From an uncultured Pseudomonadota bacterium (GTDB lineage Bacteria; Pseudomonadota; Gammaproteobacteria; Burkholderiales; SG8-39), in assembly GCA_963739205.1 (NCBI GenBank), contig CAVTZJ010000003.1, positions 205,902 through 269,901 of the forward strand: 64,000 nt of DNA. The letters run 5' to 3'. A model generated the notes under the pieces. The model had not been told where the DNA came from, did not search any database, and saw only the letters and a program-made list of their open reading frames with translations. Shown one piece after another: positions 20,718-29,989 of this stretch (the stretch's first letter is position 1; every line of letters starts with the position of its first letter). The position numbers were made by a program, and so were the translations under genes.

Positions 20718-21695
20718 GTTTGGGCTCCGCGCTGCGGGCTCGAATCGCGCCCAACGGATGTCCACCCACACGGCGATCGCGACCAGTGCCGCTGTCGCTC
20801 CGACGAGCGCGACGATCTGCAGCGGGACGGTGGCATCGCGCGCGAGCAATGCAATCACCGCGCATCCCAGCATGACCGCGTACTCTATGGCCGCCGTCCC
20901 TCGGTGGCCAAAGCCCATGCGCACGAGCCGTTGGTAGTAGTGGTCGCGGTGCGCCTGCCACACCCGCTCGCGGCGCACGAGCCGCCTGATGAGTGTCAGC
21001 GTCGCATCGCACACGAATGGCGCGAATACAAGTATCGGAAACCAGATCGGCCAGACGCCGTCGTTCCAGCCGATCAGGCCGAGAGACCCGGCCACAAAGC
21101 CGAGCGGCACCGACCCGACGTCACCCATGAAGATGCTCGCCGGATGGAAGTTCTTGGTGAGGAATGCGCCCGATACCGCGGCAAGTACTAGGCAGAGCTC
21201 GGCGAGAGGATGAACGCCGGATAGCGCGGCAGCGGTCGCGTAGGCGCTGAAGCCGATCAACGCCATGCCGCCGGCAAGCCCATCCGAGCCGTCCATGAAG
21301 TTATACAGGTTCGCATACCAAGCGATCGCAAACGAAAACAGCATGAACGGTACCCAGCCCGGAAACCGGAGCTCAAAGAAAAGCATTAGCGATGCCGCCG
21401 CGAGATGCAGTACCAGCCGAACCGCCGTCCGCAACCCAAAGATGTCGTCCAGAAATGAGACCGCGGCCAGCACGCCGGCCAAGCCCAGCGTCGCGACGAA
21501 GCCCGGCCGCCCGACCAAGCAGCCCGCGGCCGCCCCCGCGACGATCGCCAGCCCGCCGGTGCGCGGCACCGGATACTCGTGAAGCGAGCGCTCGTTCGGG
21601 TGGTCGAGCACAACTCGCCTACCGGTTTTTGATAACAGCACGCGCAGGCAAACGAGCGTGATGACGAATGCGACGAGCGCCGGCTGCCAAAGCAT
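20714..21695 (-). CDS. MraY/WecA-family (WbpL-like) undecaprenyl-phosphate sugar-1-phosphate transferase; no in-frame stop before the WbpM start as sequenced
   Basis: PNERSLH..PVPRTGG, NLYNFMDGSDG, IFMGDVGS, AHRDHYYQRL. 3' end inferred from a GTGA overlap. Confidence 0.88.
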
Positions 21696-21702
21696 GCCGC
21701 GC

Positions 21703-21708
21703 ATTCTA
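21703..21708 (-). promoter_or_regulatory. Putative -10 box (TAGAAT) for a leaderless WbpL-like transcript
   Basis: TAGAAT overlaps the upstream gene's TAG and is followed by 7 nt and then the ATG at 21695. Confidence 0.5.
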
Positions 21709-22482
21709 GCCGCCTTGCTCCAAGTACCACTCCGCGGTGGCCTGCAGGCCTTGCTCGAACGCATACGGCGACCGCCACCCGAGCTCGCTGCGAATCGCAC
21801 TGTCGTCGACCTCGAGCGAGCGCGTGAGACGCCGCAACCCCGGGTGAAGCTCGAGCAAGCGAAGCGGGAATGGAAACAGGCGCGCCGGGCGCCGCAGCGC
21901 CCTGCCCAACGCGCGACACAATTGCGGCGTAGATACAGGCTCTCCGTCGCTCACCAAATACGTACGCCCCACAGCCTGCGGGGCTTCGAGGCAGCGGATG
22001 ATCGCATCGCAGAGGTTACCGACGTAAATTAAGCTGCGGCGGTTCTCGATGCACGCGAAGGGCAACGGCCAGCCCCGCGCAATCGCGCGCATCAATGCGA
22101 GGAAATTCGCCTTTACTCGGGGACCGTACACGAGCGGCGGGCGCAGCACTACCACTTCGAGGCCCGAGACCCGCGCCAGCGCCTGCTCCGCAGCATGCTT
22201 CGCGCGACCGTAAACATCGTCGGGCGCCGCGGCCTTGGCCGAGCTGAGATAGACAAATCTGCGTACGCCCGCTACCGCGGCCTTTTCGGCCTGGCGCCGT
22301 GTGCCGTCGACGTTGACGCGCTTAAGCTCCGCCTCGCCCACCGCCGCGTGCGCGACGTTGGCAAGGTGCACGACTGCATCGCACTCCTCGGGCGACGAGC
22401 ACGGCTCATGCCCGGTTGCAGCCAGCGCCGGGCAGAGGTGGCCGCCGATAAATCCTGATGCTCCGGTGACAAGGACGCGCAT
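21706..22482 (-). CDS. NAD-dependent epimerase/dehydratase, WbpV/WbpK-like
   Basis: MRVLVTGASGFIG, YGRAKHAAE, LRPPLVYGPRVKANF, NRRSLIYVGNL. Alternative start at 22503. Confidence 0.88.
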   Translation of the reverse strand: MRVLVTGASGFIGGHLCPALAATGHEPCSSPEECDAVVHLANVAHAAVGEAELKRVNVDGTRRQAEKAAVAGVRRFVYLSSAKAAAPDDVYGRAKHAAEQALARVSGLEVVVLRPPLVYGPRVKANFLALMRAIARGWPLPFACIENRRSLIYVGNLCDAIIRCLEAPQAVGRTYLVSDGEPVSTPQLCRALGRALRRPARLFPFPLRLLELHPGLRRLTRSLEVDDSAIRSELGWRSPYAFEQGLQATAEWYLEQGG

Positions 22483-22643
22483 CGGCGGAGATACTACCGC
22501 CATAGGAGACATGCTCCGCATTCGGCCTGCCAACGAGACACGCCCCCCTTTTTAAAGCTTGAACGAACGGCTCTGCGATGCACTACTAGTCGGGCTGGCA
22601 AAACGCTTCCCCACGGGGCCTGCCTGGGTACCCCAGACCCGCG

Positions 22644-23094
22644 GACCTTCCCTACCTGCGCCTTCCCAGGTATGCCTTGTCTGCCTCCCCGGCGGATTCG
22701 GTGGAATATGTTCCGATGGAGCGCACCCGTTCCGGCACAATGGTGCGCGCGTCGATGCGCTGGAGCGAAGTGGGTTCCGAGTCCGAATTGTGGGATGCTG
22801 GCGACAAGGGTAGGGCCCGCAACGTCACCCGCGGCGATGTCATGCTACGCGACGCGAGCAATGCTACGTGCATGCCGGTAACGCGCTGAGCACTAGATCG
22901 TGGTTTCCGGCATCGCGCGTGGCGACCGGGCGTTCGAAGTGGGGAGGAATCAGTCCCCCTTCATTCCGGTCGAGACCAGGCACCGCCTAGAAGATCCCGG
23001 CTGCGAGCAGCTGCTGATCGTCTACGTTCGTTCCGGCGCATACCTCGGCGACGATGACATCGTGCGCTTCGACAATAGCTACAACCCGCCTTAG
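22644..23094 (+). pseudogene. manC: Decayed manC (mannose-1-phosphate guanylyltransferase/isomerase) remnant with an internal deletion
   Basis: DLPYLRL..SPADSVEYVPMERT..WSEVGSESELW..NVTRGDV resembles the ManC mid-region. RAEH*IVVSG (Trp codon now TAG), IPVETRHRLEDPG and SGAYLGDDDIVRF match the C-terminal cupin. No N-terminal half. Confidence 0.85.
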
Positions 23095-24219
23095 CTACTC
23101 TCCAAGGATTTCGCGGTAGCAATCCTGCAGCGCGCGCACCAAGCGCTCTTGAGAGAAATCGGTGATCGCGCGCTTCTGCGCCGCCACACCCATCTTGATG
23201 CGCAGCGCGTCATCGGCAAGCAAGATACCGAGCTTGTCATGCAAGTCGTTCGCGTTACCTACTTCGAACAGCAGGCCGGTCTGCCCCTCCACCACCGCGT
23301 CCGACACCCCGTAGATGCGCGAGGCCACCGCGGGTAGCTGGGCTGCTGCGGCCTCGACTACCACAGAGCCAAAGCCCTCTCGGTAGCTCGGTAGGCACAG
23401 AATGTCGGCGGCCGCGAAATAGCGTTCGGGCGCGTGGGTGTAGCCTATGGCGCGAACGCGCGCGCCGGCCAGCCGCGCCACCTCTGCGCCGAGGCCTTCC
23501 TCGTCAGGCCCGACCACCACCAGGTTCGCTTCGGGGAAATTCTCTGCCAACCGCGCGAACGCACGTGCCAGGTCTAGCACGCCCTTGTCACGCGTCACGC
23601 GGCCTAGGAACAGGATCACCGGCGCCGTGGCGGCGATGCCGAGCTCCGCACGCACCGCCGTGCGCGCCGCCACGTCCGGCTTGAAGCGTGCCCCATCGAC
23701 GCCGCTGACCGAGCCGGCGCCGAGGACGCGGCAGCGATTCGCGCGGACAATCCCCTCGGCCACCAGGAACTCCCGTTGCGAGTGGCTATCGGCAAGCACC
23801 AGGGTCGTGCGCCGTGCAATGGAGCGGTCAGCGGCGCGCAACAATAAGCGCATCAGCCCCGTGCGTGCCGCCCACACCTGCCCCGTAAAAGTGTGCAGCC
23901 GCGCGGGCACGCCCACCATCGTGCCCGCCCACGACGCCAGCAGGCCGGCCTTCGGCGCGAAGGAATGCACCAGGTCGTAGCGCCGGGCGCGGAAAAGACG
24001 CTCGAGCCGGTACAGCGCCGCCGCATCGCGCCGCGGCTCGATGCGCCGCGGAATTGCGACCGGTTCCACCCGCACGCCGGGCAGTTCGCGCAATGGCACA
24101 TCACCCGGTAAAGTGACGGCGAGCGACACCTCGTAGCGCGAGCGCAGATGCAGCAGGTGTGGCGTCAAAAAGAAGTTGACGATCAGCGGGCTGGTGGTGA
24201 CGAAGCAGACCTTCTTCAT
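23095..24219 (-). CDS. GT4 glycosyltransferase (PglA/CapM-like)
   Basis: VHSFAPKAG, HTFTGQVW, GSVSGVD, FLGRVTRDKG, SYREGFGSVVVEAAA. Confidence 0.9.
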   Translation of the reverse strand: MKKVCFVTTSPLIVNFFLTPHLLHLRSRYEVSLAVTLPGDVPLRELPGVRVEPVAIPRRIEPRRDAAALYRLERLFRARRYDLVHSFAPKAGLLASWAGTMVGVPARLHTFTGQVWAARTGLMRLLLRAADRSIARRTTLVLADSHSQREFLVAEGIVRANRCRVLGAGSVSGVDGARFKPDVAARTAVRAELGIAATAPVILFLGRVTRDKGVLDLARAFARLAENFPEANLVVVGPDEEGLGAEVARLAGARVRAIGYTHAPERYFAAADILCLPSYREGFGSVVVEAAAAQLPAVASRIYGVSDAVVEGQTGLLFEVGNANDLHDKLGILLADDALRIKMGVAAQKRAITDFSQERLVRALQDCYREILGE

Positions 24220-25160
24220 TTGCCGCTCCGTAGGCTCGCCACGAAGCGCCGCAGGCCCTCCTCGATCGACACGCTGAATACGTAGCCGAGTTCCTCGCGG
24301 ATCCGCATGGACGGATACTGCACGCTGCGCGTCAACGCGTCGATGCGCGTTTCCGTGAGAGGAGATCCCGGCACTCTCTGCGCCAGTCGCGCGACCAGCC
24401 GCAGTGGCGCCTCTGGCACGCGCCACGCGGGCGGCGGTCGACCGACCAAAGCAGCGATCGCGCCGACGAAGGCTGCGAGCGACCGGTCATCCGACAAAAT
24501 GTAACAGCCGCTTGCGCGCGGCGATATACCTAAGAGCAGCAAAGCGTCGGCCACGTCATCCACGTACACGTAGTTCGCGATTGCTGGCTTCGATCCAATG
24601 TGCACGTATAGCCCGCGTCGAACGGCCGATACGAGTTGTTCAAGCGAGTTGTTCGGCATCCGCGGGCCAAACACTATCGACGGCCGCAGCGTCACTGCGG
24701 TGAAGGCTCCGGCTGACGACGCGCGCTGGACGAGATCGTCCGCCTCGACCTTGGTGGTCTCGTACTCGCCTTCCGGGTTGATCGCCGACCGTTCGTCGAC
24801 GATGCCCTCGCGTATGCGCCGGCCATAGGCGCCGACGCTGCTCAACTGCACCCACCGCCGCACTCGCCCGGCAGCTGCATCAATCAGCCGCCTAGTTCCC
24901 TCGACATGCAGTCCGCGCATCAGATTGGTGCGGCGCGACTCGCCGGCACAATGAAACACGACAGTCGCGTCGGAAAGGAATTCCCCGAGGGACCCGGAGG
25001 CTGCGGCGAGGTCGCCGCGGAACCACCGAATTCGAACGGGGACACTGCGCCCCTGCTGCCGGCTCAAGACGCGGATTTCCTCAAACTCGCGTGCGCGTGC
25101 CAGGCGCGCGATTAAGGCGTCGCCGATGAATCCCGTGCCCCCGGTGACGGCGGCGATCAT
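24216..25160 (-). CDS. NAD-dependent epimerase/dehydratase
   Basis: VTGGTGFIG, QLSSVGAYG, YETTK (YxxxK), LRPSIVFG. Confidence 0.88.
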   Translation of the reverse strand: MIAAVTGGTGFIGDALIARLARAREFEEIRVLSRQQGRSVPVRIRWFRGDLAAASGSLGEFLSDATVVFHCAGESRRTNLMRGLHVEGTRRLIDAAAGRVRRWVQLSSVGAYGRRIREGIVDERSAINPEGEYETTKVEADDLVQRASSAGAFTAVTLRPSIVFGPRMPNNSLEQLVSAVRRGLYVHIGSKPAIANYVYVDDVADALLLLGISPRASGCYILSDDRSLAAFVGAIAALVGRPPPAWRVPEAPLRLVARLAQRVPGSPLTETRIDALTRSVQYPSMRIREELGYVFSVSIEEGLRRFVASLRSGK

Positions 25161-25171
25161 GTAGGTGCCGC

Positions 25172-26038
25172 TTAGACCGTCCAAATGCGCGGCTTGCCCC
25201 GTGCCAGGCGGTATATGTCCGCGCAACAACCGTAGATCCGGTCGCCGAGCAGCCGCTGGATCCAGCTGCCCAGCCAGCCGGCGACAAGCGCCATGCGCAG
25301 GCGCGCTGGCGTGCCGCGCAGCCCGTTCGCCATGCGCGCACGCTGGATCTCGTGAAGGTTAAGGTAGATGGCACCGGGTTTCGAGCTCATCCCGCCGAAG
25401 CGCATGTCGACGACTACGTGGTCGACGAACTTTGGCTCGCGCGCCAGCACTTCGCGCAGCAACATGTCGTAGTCGCCAGCGATGCGATAGGATTCGTCGA
25501 AGTAGCCGTGTTCCTCGAACAGCGAACGATGGTGCAGCGTGCCGGGGTGCGGAACCATAGTGCCGGCGAGAAACGCTCGTCGCGCCTCCACCCATGGGCG
25601 CCCCAGAGTCTCCACTACCCCGTCCTTCGCGGTCACGAGGTTGACGCGACCGTAAATGACACGCGGCCCGCCAGGTGCCGCCCCAGCCGCGTCAAGCAGG
25701 TGACGCAGCGCGTGCGCGTCGTGGAATCGATCGTCGCAGCCGAGGAAGCAGACCCAGTGGCCGCGGCTGCGGCGCAGGGCCTTGTTCCAAGCCTCGTACA
25801 GCCCTTTGTCCGGCTCGGAAACGAACTCCGTGACCTTTCCCAAACGCACGTTCGTTTCGACGATCCCTCGCGTGCCGTCGGTGGAGGCGCTGTCGATGAC
25901 GACGACCTCGCGCGAGGCCGCGGTTTGTGCCGCGATGCTATCAAGGCAGCGTTGAAGTGTTTGTGCGCCGTTCTTCACGCCGACGACGACGCTGACCTCT
26001 GGCCAGATTCCCGGAGCGCGACGGGGAAGCGAATTCAT
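25172..26038 (-). CDS. GT2 glycosyltransferase (WcaE-like)
   Basis: VSVVVGVKNGA, IDSASTDGT, SEPDKGLYEAWNK, FLGCDD, YRIAGDYD. Confidence 0.9.
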   Translation of the reverse strand: MNSLPRRAPGIWPEVSVVVGVKNGAQTLQRCLDSIAAQTAASREVVVIDSASTDGTRGIVETNVRLGKVTEFVSEPDKGLYEAWNKALRRSRGHWVCFLGCDDRFHDAHALRHLLDAAGAAPGGPRVIYGRVNLVTAKDGVVETLGRPWVEARRAFLAGTMVPHPGTLHHRSLFEEHGYFDESYRIAGDYDMLLREVLAREPKFVDHVVVDMRFGGMSSKPGAIYLNLHEIQRARMANGLRGTPARLRMALVAGWLGSWIQRLLGDRIYGCCADIYRLARGKPRIWTV

Positions 26039-26201
26039 GCAGGATGGAAATCCACTCGGGTCTGAGGCGACTTGGCTATCGCCGCCTGCATCGCGATCGC
26101 CGAGTTGCGAATGGTATCAGTAGGAGCGGAGGTTGCTGGATGCGGGGCGGCAGGGGTCGGCTCCAAGTTGCCGCGAAATCCGATGGATGCAAAAAGCTAC
26201 T

Positions 26202-26218
26202 TGTTCATTGATTGAACT
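26202..26218. promoter_or_regulatory. Palindromic operator candidate 1: TGTTCA-N5-TGAACT
   Basis: Near-perfect inverted repeat in the AT-rich region upstream of the MarR gene; near-duplicate at 26265. Confidence 0.65.
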
Positions 26219-26243
26219 AAATTCATCATTAAAGATCGCTATT

Positions 26244-26256
26244 TATCAATACGTTG
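26244..26256 (+). promoter_or_regulatory. IHF-consensus site TATCAATACGTTG
   Basis: Exact match to WATCAANNNNTTR with an AT-rich tract upstream; sits between the two palindromes. Confidence 0.55.
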
Positions 26257-26264
26257 CATCGCAA

Positions 26265-26281
26265 TGTTCATTTACTGAACA
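26265..26281. promoter_or_regulatory. Palindromic operator candidate 2: TGTTCA-N5-TGAACA
   Basis: Perfect 6-5-6 inverted repeat ending 20 nt before the MarR start codon. Confidence 0.7.
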
Positions 26282-26301
26282 AATGTGAGATCATATGAGG
26301 C

Positions 26302-26652
26302 GTGCTCACCGATGAAACGCGATATCGAATTCTCAAGCTCCTCGAGGCGGACCCCCGAGCGAGCCAGCGAAAGATCGCGGAGGACTTGGGCATCAGCCTT
26401 GGGCGAGTGAACTACTGCCTGCAGGCTTTGATCGAGAAGGGTCTCGTTAAGGCCAACAACTTCCGCAACAGCGCCAACAAACGCGCTTACCTGTACCTGC
26501 TGACGCCCCGGGGCATCGAGGAGAAGGCGATTGTCACCACCAGATTCCTGCGGAGGAAGCTCGAGGAATACGAAACGCTGAAGCGCGAGGTGGAGCAGTT
26601 GCAGCGCGAAGCGTCCGCAGTGAACCTACCCGACGAAGCGAAGAAGGGGTAG
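26302..26652 (+). CDS. EPS-associated MarR-family transcriptional regulator
   Basis: SQRKIAEDLGISLGRVNYCLQALIEKGLVK and NSANKRAYLYLLTPRGIEEK, the signature of the polysaccharide-locus MarR family. Confidence 0.93.
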   Translation: MLTDETRYRILKLLEADPRASQRKIAEDLGISLGRVNYCLQALIEKGLVKANNFRNSANKRAYLYLLTPRGIEEKAIVTTRFLRRKLEEYETLKREVEQLQREASAVNLPDEAKKG

Positions 26653-26657
26653 GCGCC

Positions 26658-27670
26658 GTGCTGCTCAAGGACAAGAAGATTCTGGTCACTGGGGCCGACG
26701 GCTTCATCGGCTCGCACCTGGTTGAGCACCTGGCCGCACAGGGACACGAAGTGAGAGCCTTCGTGCTGTACAACTCGATCGGTTCGCGCGGCTGGCTGGA
26801 TTCCGCGCAGCTCCCGTCGAGCGTCGAATTCGTCGCGGGCGACATACGCGACGCGCACGAGTGTGCGCGCCGCCATGCAAGGCTGCCAGGTAGTGCTGCA
26901 CCTCGCGGCCCTGATTTCGATTCCGTATTCCTACGAGTCGCCCGAGAGCTATGTCGACACCAACGTGCGCGGCACGATCAACGTGCTGCAGGCGGCCCGC
27001 GACCTGCGAGGTCGCGAAAGGGTCGTGCACACCTCGACCAGCGAAGTCTATGGCACGGCGCGCTTCGTGCCGATCACCGAGGAGCATCCGCTGCAGGGGC
27101 AGTCGCCATACTCGGCCTCCAAGATCGGCGGCAGATCAGATGGCGCACTGCGTATCTTCAGCTCTCTTCGGCGTCCCGGTCGCCATCATGCGGCCTTTCA
27201 ACACCTACGGGCCGCGGCAGTCGGCGCGCGCGGTCATTCCGACGGTCATCTCGCAAATCGCCGCGGGCGCACGCTCAGCTGCGCCGCGGCGTCTGCATCC
27301 GACGCGCGACTTCAACTTCGTCGGCGACACGGTGCGCGCCTTCGTTGCCACTGCCCAGGCGGACGCCGCAATCGGCGAGGTCATCAACATCGGCAGCAAT
27401 TTCGAGATTTCGATCGGCGACGCCGCGCGGCTGATCGCGGAGGTGATGGGCGCGCAGGTGACCGTGGAGCTGGATGCCGGGCGGCTGCGCCCGCAGTCCA
27501 GCGAGGTGGAACGGCTGTGGGCGGACAACGCCAAAGCCAGCCGCCTGCTCGGCTGGGAGCCGGAGTTCGGCGGGCGCGAAGGGCTGCGGCGCGGCCTCGA
27601 GACGACCGTGGCGTGGTTCAGGGACGAGGGAAACCTCCGCCTGTACCGCCCGGCCGAATACAGCATCTGA
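26658..27670 (+). CDS. legB: LegB-like NDP-GlcNAc 4,6-dehydratase, several indels between about 26860 and 27300
   Basis: VTGADGFIGSHL, HLAALISIPYSY, HTSTSEVYGTA, QSPYSASK, RPFNTYGPRQSARAVIP, TRDFNFV, spread over three frames. Confidence 0.87.
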
Positions 27671-27675
27671 GCGCC

Positions 27676-28836
27676 ATGATCGACGCTGCCGCGGTAGTCC
27701 GCACCCTCGAAGACGTCCTGCAAGGCGCGGCGCGGCCGGTCGCGCTGCACGAGCCAGTGTTCGGCGGCACCGAGTGGCGCAACGTGAAGGAATGCCTGGA
27801 TACCGGCTGGGTCTCGTCCGTCGGCACCTACGTCGACAAGTTCGAGCGGGACCTGGGCGAGCACGTCGGTGGCTACGCGGTCGCGATGTCGAATGGCACG
27901 TCCGCGCTGCATGCCTGCCTCCTGCTTTCCGGCGTCGAGGCGAATGACGAGGTCCTCGTACCCGCGCTCACGTTCATCGCCACGGCCAATGCGGTGAGCT
28001 ACTGCGGCGCGGTGCCTCATCTCGTCGATAGCACCGAATCAACGCTCGGCATGGATCCGGCGCGGCTCTCCACCTACCTCGCGGGCATCGCCGAGGTGCG
28101 CGACGAGGAATGCCGCAACCGCAAGACGGGGCGCCGGATCAGGGCAGTCATGCCGATGCATACCTTCGGCCATCCTGTGGACCTGGATGCGCTCAGCGAA
28201 GTCGCTGACCGATTCGCGCTGGTGCTGGTCGAGGATGCCGCCGAGTCGCTGGGCACGCGCTACAAGGGCCGGCACACCGGCCCGCTGGGCCGGCTGGGAG
28301 CGCTGAGCTTCAACGGCAACAAGATCATCACGACGGGAGGCGGCGGCGCGCTCGTCACACGTGACGCAGGGCTCGCCGCGCGCGCCAAGCACCTGACCAC
28401 CACGGCGCGCATTCCGCACCGCTGGTCGTTCATCCACGACCAGGTCGGCTACAACTACCGCATGCCCAATATCAACGCGGCCCTGGGCTGCGCGCAGCTC
28501 GAAGCGCTGCCCGAGCTGCTGCGCAGGAAGCGGGCACTCGCCGCGCGGTACGCGGCGGCGTTCGCCGGGACAAAAGGAGCACGTATCTTCGCTGAGCCCG
28601 CATTCGCCAGCAGCAACTACTGGCTGAACGTGCTCGTGCTGGACGAGGAAACCGCGGGCAAGCGCGACGAGATCCTCGAAGCAACGAACGCCGCCGGATT
28701 CCATACGCGCCCGGTGTGGACGCCAATGCACAAGCTGCCCATCTACGCGGACTGCCCACGCATGGACCTGAGCACGGTGGAGAGCCTCGAGCGCAGGATC
28801 GTCTGCCTGCCGAGCGGGCCGAGGCTCGCAAGCTGA
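27676..28836 (+). CDS. legC: LegC-family PLP aminotransferase
   Basis: VALHEPVF, DTGWVSSVG, HTFGHP, EDAAESLG, SFNGNKIITTGGGG, GYNYRMPNINAALG, TRPVW. Confidence 0.93.
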   Translation: MIDAAAVVRTLEDVLQGAARPVALHEPVFGGTEWRNVKECLDTGWVSSVGTYVDKFERDLGEHVGGYAVAMSNGTSALHACLLLSGVEANDEVLVPALTFIATANAVSYCGAVPHLVDSTESTLGMDPARLSTYLAGIAEVRDEECRNRKTGRRIRAVMPMHTFGHPVDLDALSEVADRFALVLVEDAAESLGTRYKGRHTGPLGRLGALSFNGNKIITTGGGGALVTRDAGLAARAKHLTTTARIPHRWSFIHDQVGYNYRMPNINAALGCAQLEALPELLRRKRALAARYAAAFAGTKGARIFAEPAFASSNYWLNVLVLDEETAGKRDEILEATNAAGFHTRPVWTPMHKLPIYADCPRMDLSTVESLERRIVCLPSGPRLAS

Positions 28837-28837
28837 T

Positions 28838-29989
28838 ATGGCAAAGCGCGCCATTTGCGTCGTGACCGGCAGCCGGGCGGACTACGGCCTGCTTTTCTGG
28901 GTCATGAAGGCGATCCAGCAGGACCCCGCGCTGGCACTCCAAGTCGCTGTCACGGGCATGCATTTCGCGCCGGAATTCGGCATGACGCAGCGAGTGATCG
29001 AGGCGGACGGCTTTCCGATCAGCGCGCGCGTCGACTCGCTGCTGTCTGGCGACAGCCCCGCCGCCATCACCAAGTCGATCGGGCTCGGCGTCATCGGCTT
29101 CGCCGACGCCTTCGAGCGATTGCAACCCGAAATTGCCGTGCTGCTAGGCGACCGCTTCGAGATTCTTGCCGCCGCGCAGGCCGCGCTGATGGCGAAGATT
29201 CCGGTCGCGCACATCGCTGGCGGCGACATCACGGAAGGCGCTCTCGACGACGCCATTCGGCACGCCATCACCAAGATGGCGCACCTGCATTTCGTCACGA
29301 ATGCCGCTGCCGCGGCACGCGTGCGGCAACTTGGCGAAGACCCGCGCCGCGTTTTCGACGTCGGCAGCCCCGGCCTCGACACCTTGCGCCACACGAAGCT
29401 GCTGTCGCGCGGCGAGCTCGAAGCCGCGCTCGGCATCTCGCTGCGCCAGCGCAATCTCGTGGTCACGTTTCATCCCGCGACGCTCGCGCGCGGCAGCTCC
29501 GCGCCGCAGCTGTCCGAACTGCTCACCGCGCTGGATACGCTGGGCGATGAGTTCGGCATTGTCTTCACCAAGGCAAATGCCGATGCCGAGGGCAGGACAT
29601 TCAATGCCATGATCGAGGCGCACGTCGCGTCGCGGCCCAATTGCCGCCTGTTCGACTCCCTCGGCCAGCAGCTGTACCTGAGCCTCATGCGCCATGCGGA
29701 CGTCGTGGTGGGCAATTCGTCCAGCGGGCTGTACGAGGCGCCGACGCTGCACAAGCCCGCTGTCAACATCGGCGACCGGCAAAAGGGGCGGCTGCGCGCC
29801 GCGTCAGTCCTGGATTGCGCTCCCAGCGCAGGCGCAATCGAGCGCACCATCCGCGCGGCGCTGACGCTTGACTGCTCGCAGGTGACGAATCCCTACGGCG
29901 ACGGGCACGCCGCCGAACGCATCATCGCTACCCTGAAGTCCGTCGCCGACCCGCAGTCCCTGCTGCAGAAACGGTTTTCCGATGCGTAG
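28838..29989 (+). CDS. neuC: Hydrolysing UDP/GDP-N-acyl-hexosamine 2-epimerase (NeuC/LegG)
   Basis: VTGSRADYGLL, TGMHFAPEFG, LGDRFE, HAITKMAHLHF, GNSSSG, NIGDRQKGR. Confidence 0.95.
   Translation: MAKRAICVVTGSRADYGLLFWVMKAIQQDPALALQVAVTGMHFAPEFGMTQRVIEADGFPISARVDSLLSGDSPAAITKSIGLGVIGFADAFERLQPEIAVLLGDRFEILAAAQAALMAKIPVAHIAGGDITEGALDDAIRHAITKMAHLHFVTNAAAAARVRQLGEDPRRVFDVGSPGLDTLRHTKLLSRGELEAALGISLRQRNLVVTFHPATLARGSSAPQLSELLTALDTLGDEFGIVFTKANADAEGRTFNAMIEAHVASRPNCRLFDSLGQQLYLSLMRHADVVVGNSSSGLYEAPTLHKPAVNIGDRQKGRLRAASVLDCAPSAGAIERTIRAALTLDCSQVTNPYGDGHAAERIIATLKSVADPQSLLQKRFSDA

Noticed and set aside
22494-22501. GGCGGTAG (ops core) on the minus strand just upstream of the WbpV-like gene
   Set aside because: Lacks the downstream nnTG and JUMPstart context, no RfaH gene in the window, and the octamer arises easily at this GC content.
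26863-28836. 657-aa LegB-LegC fusion ORF in the track
   Set aside because: Caused by indels in legB; legB ends at 27670 and legC has its own ATG at 27676.
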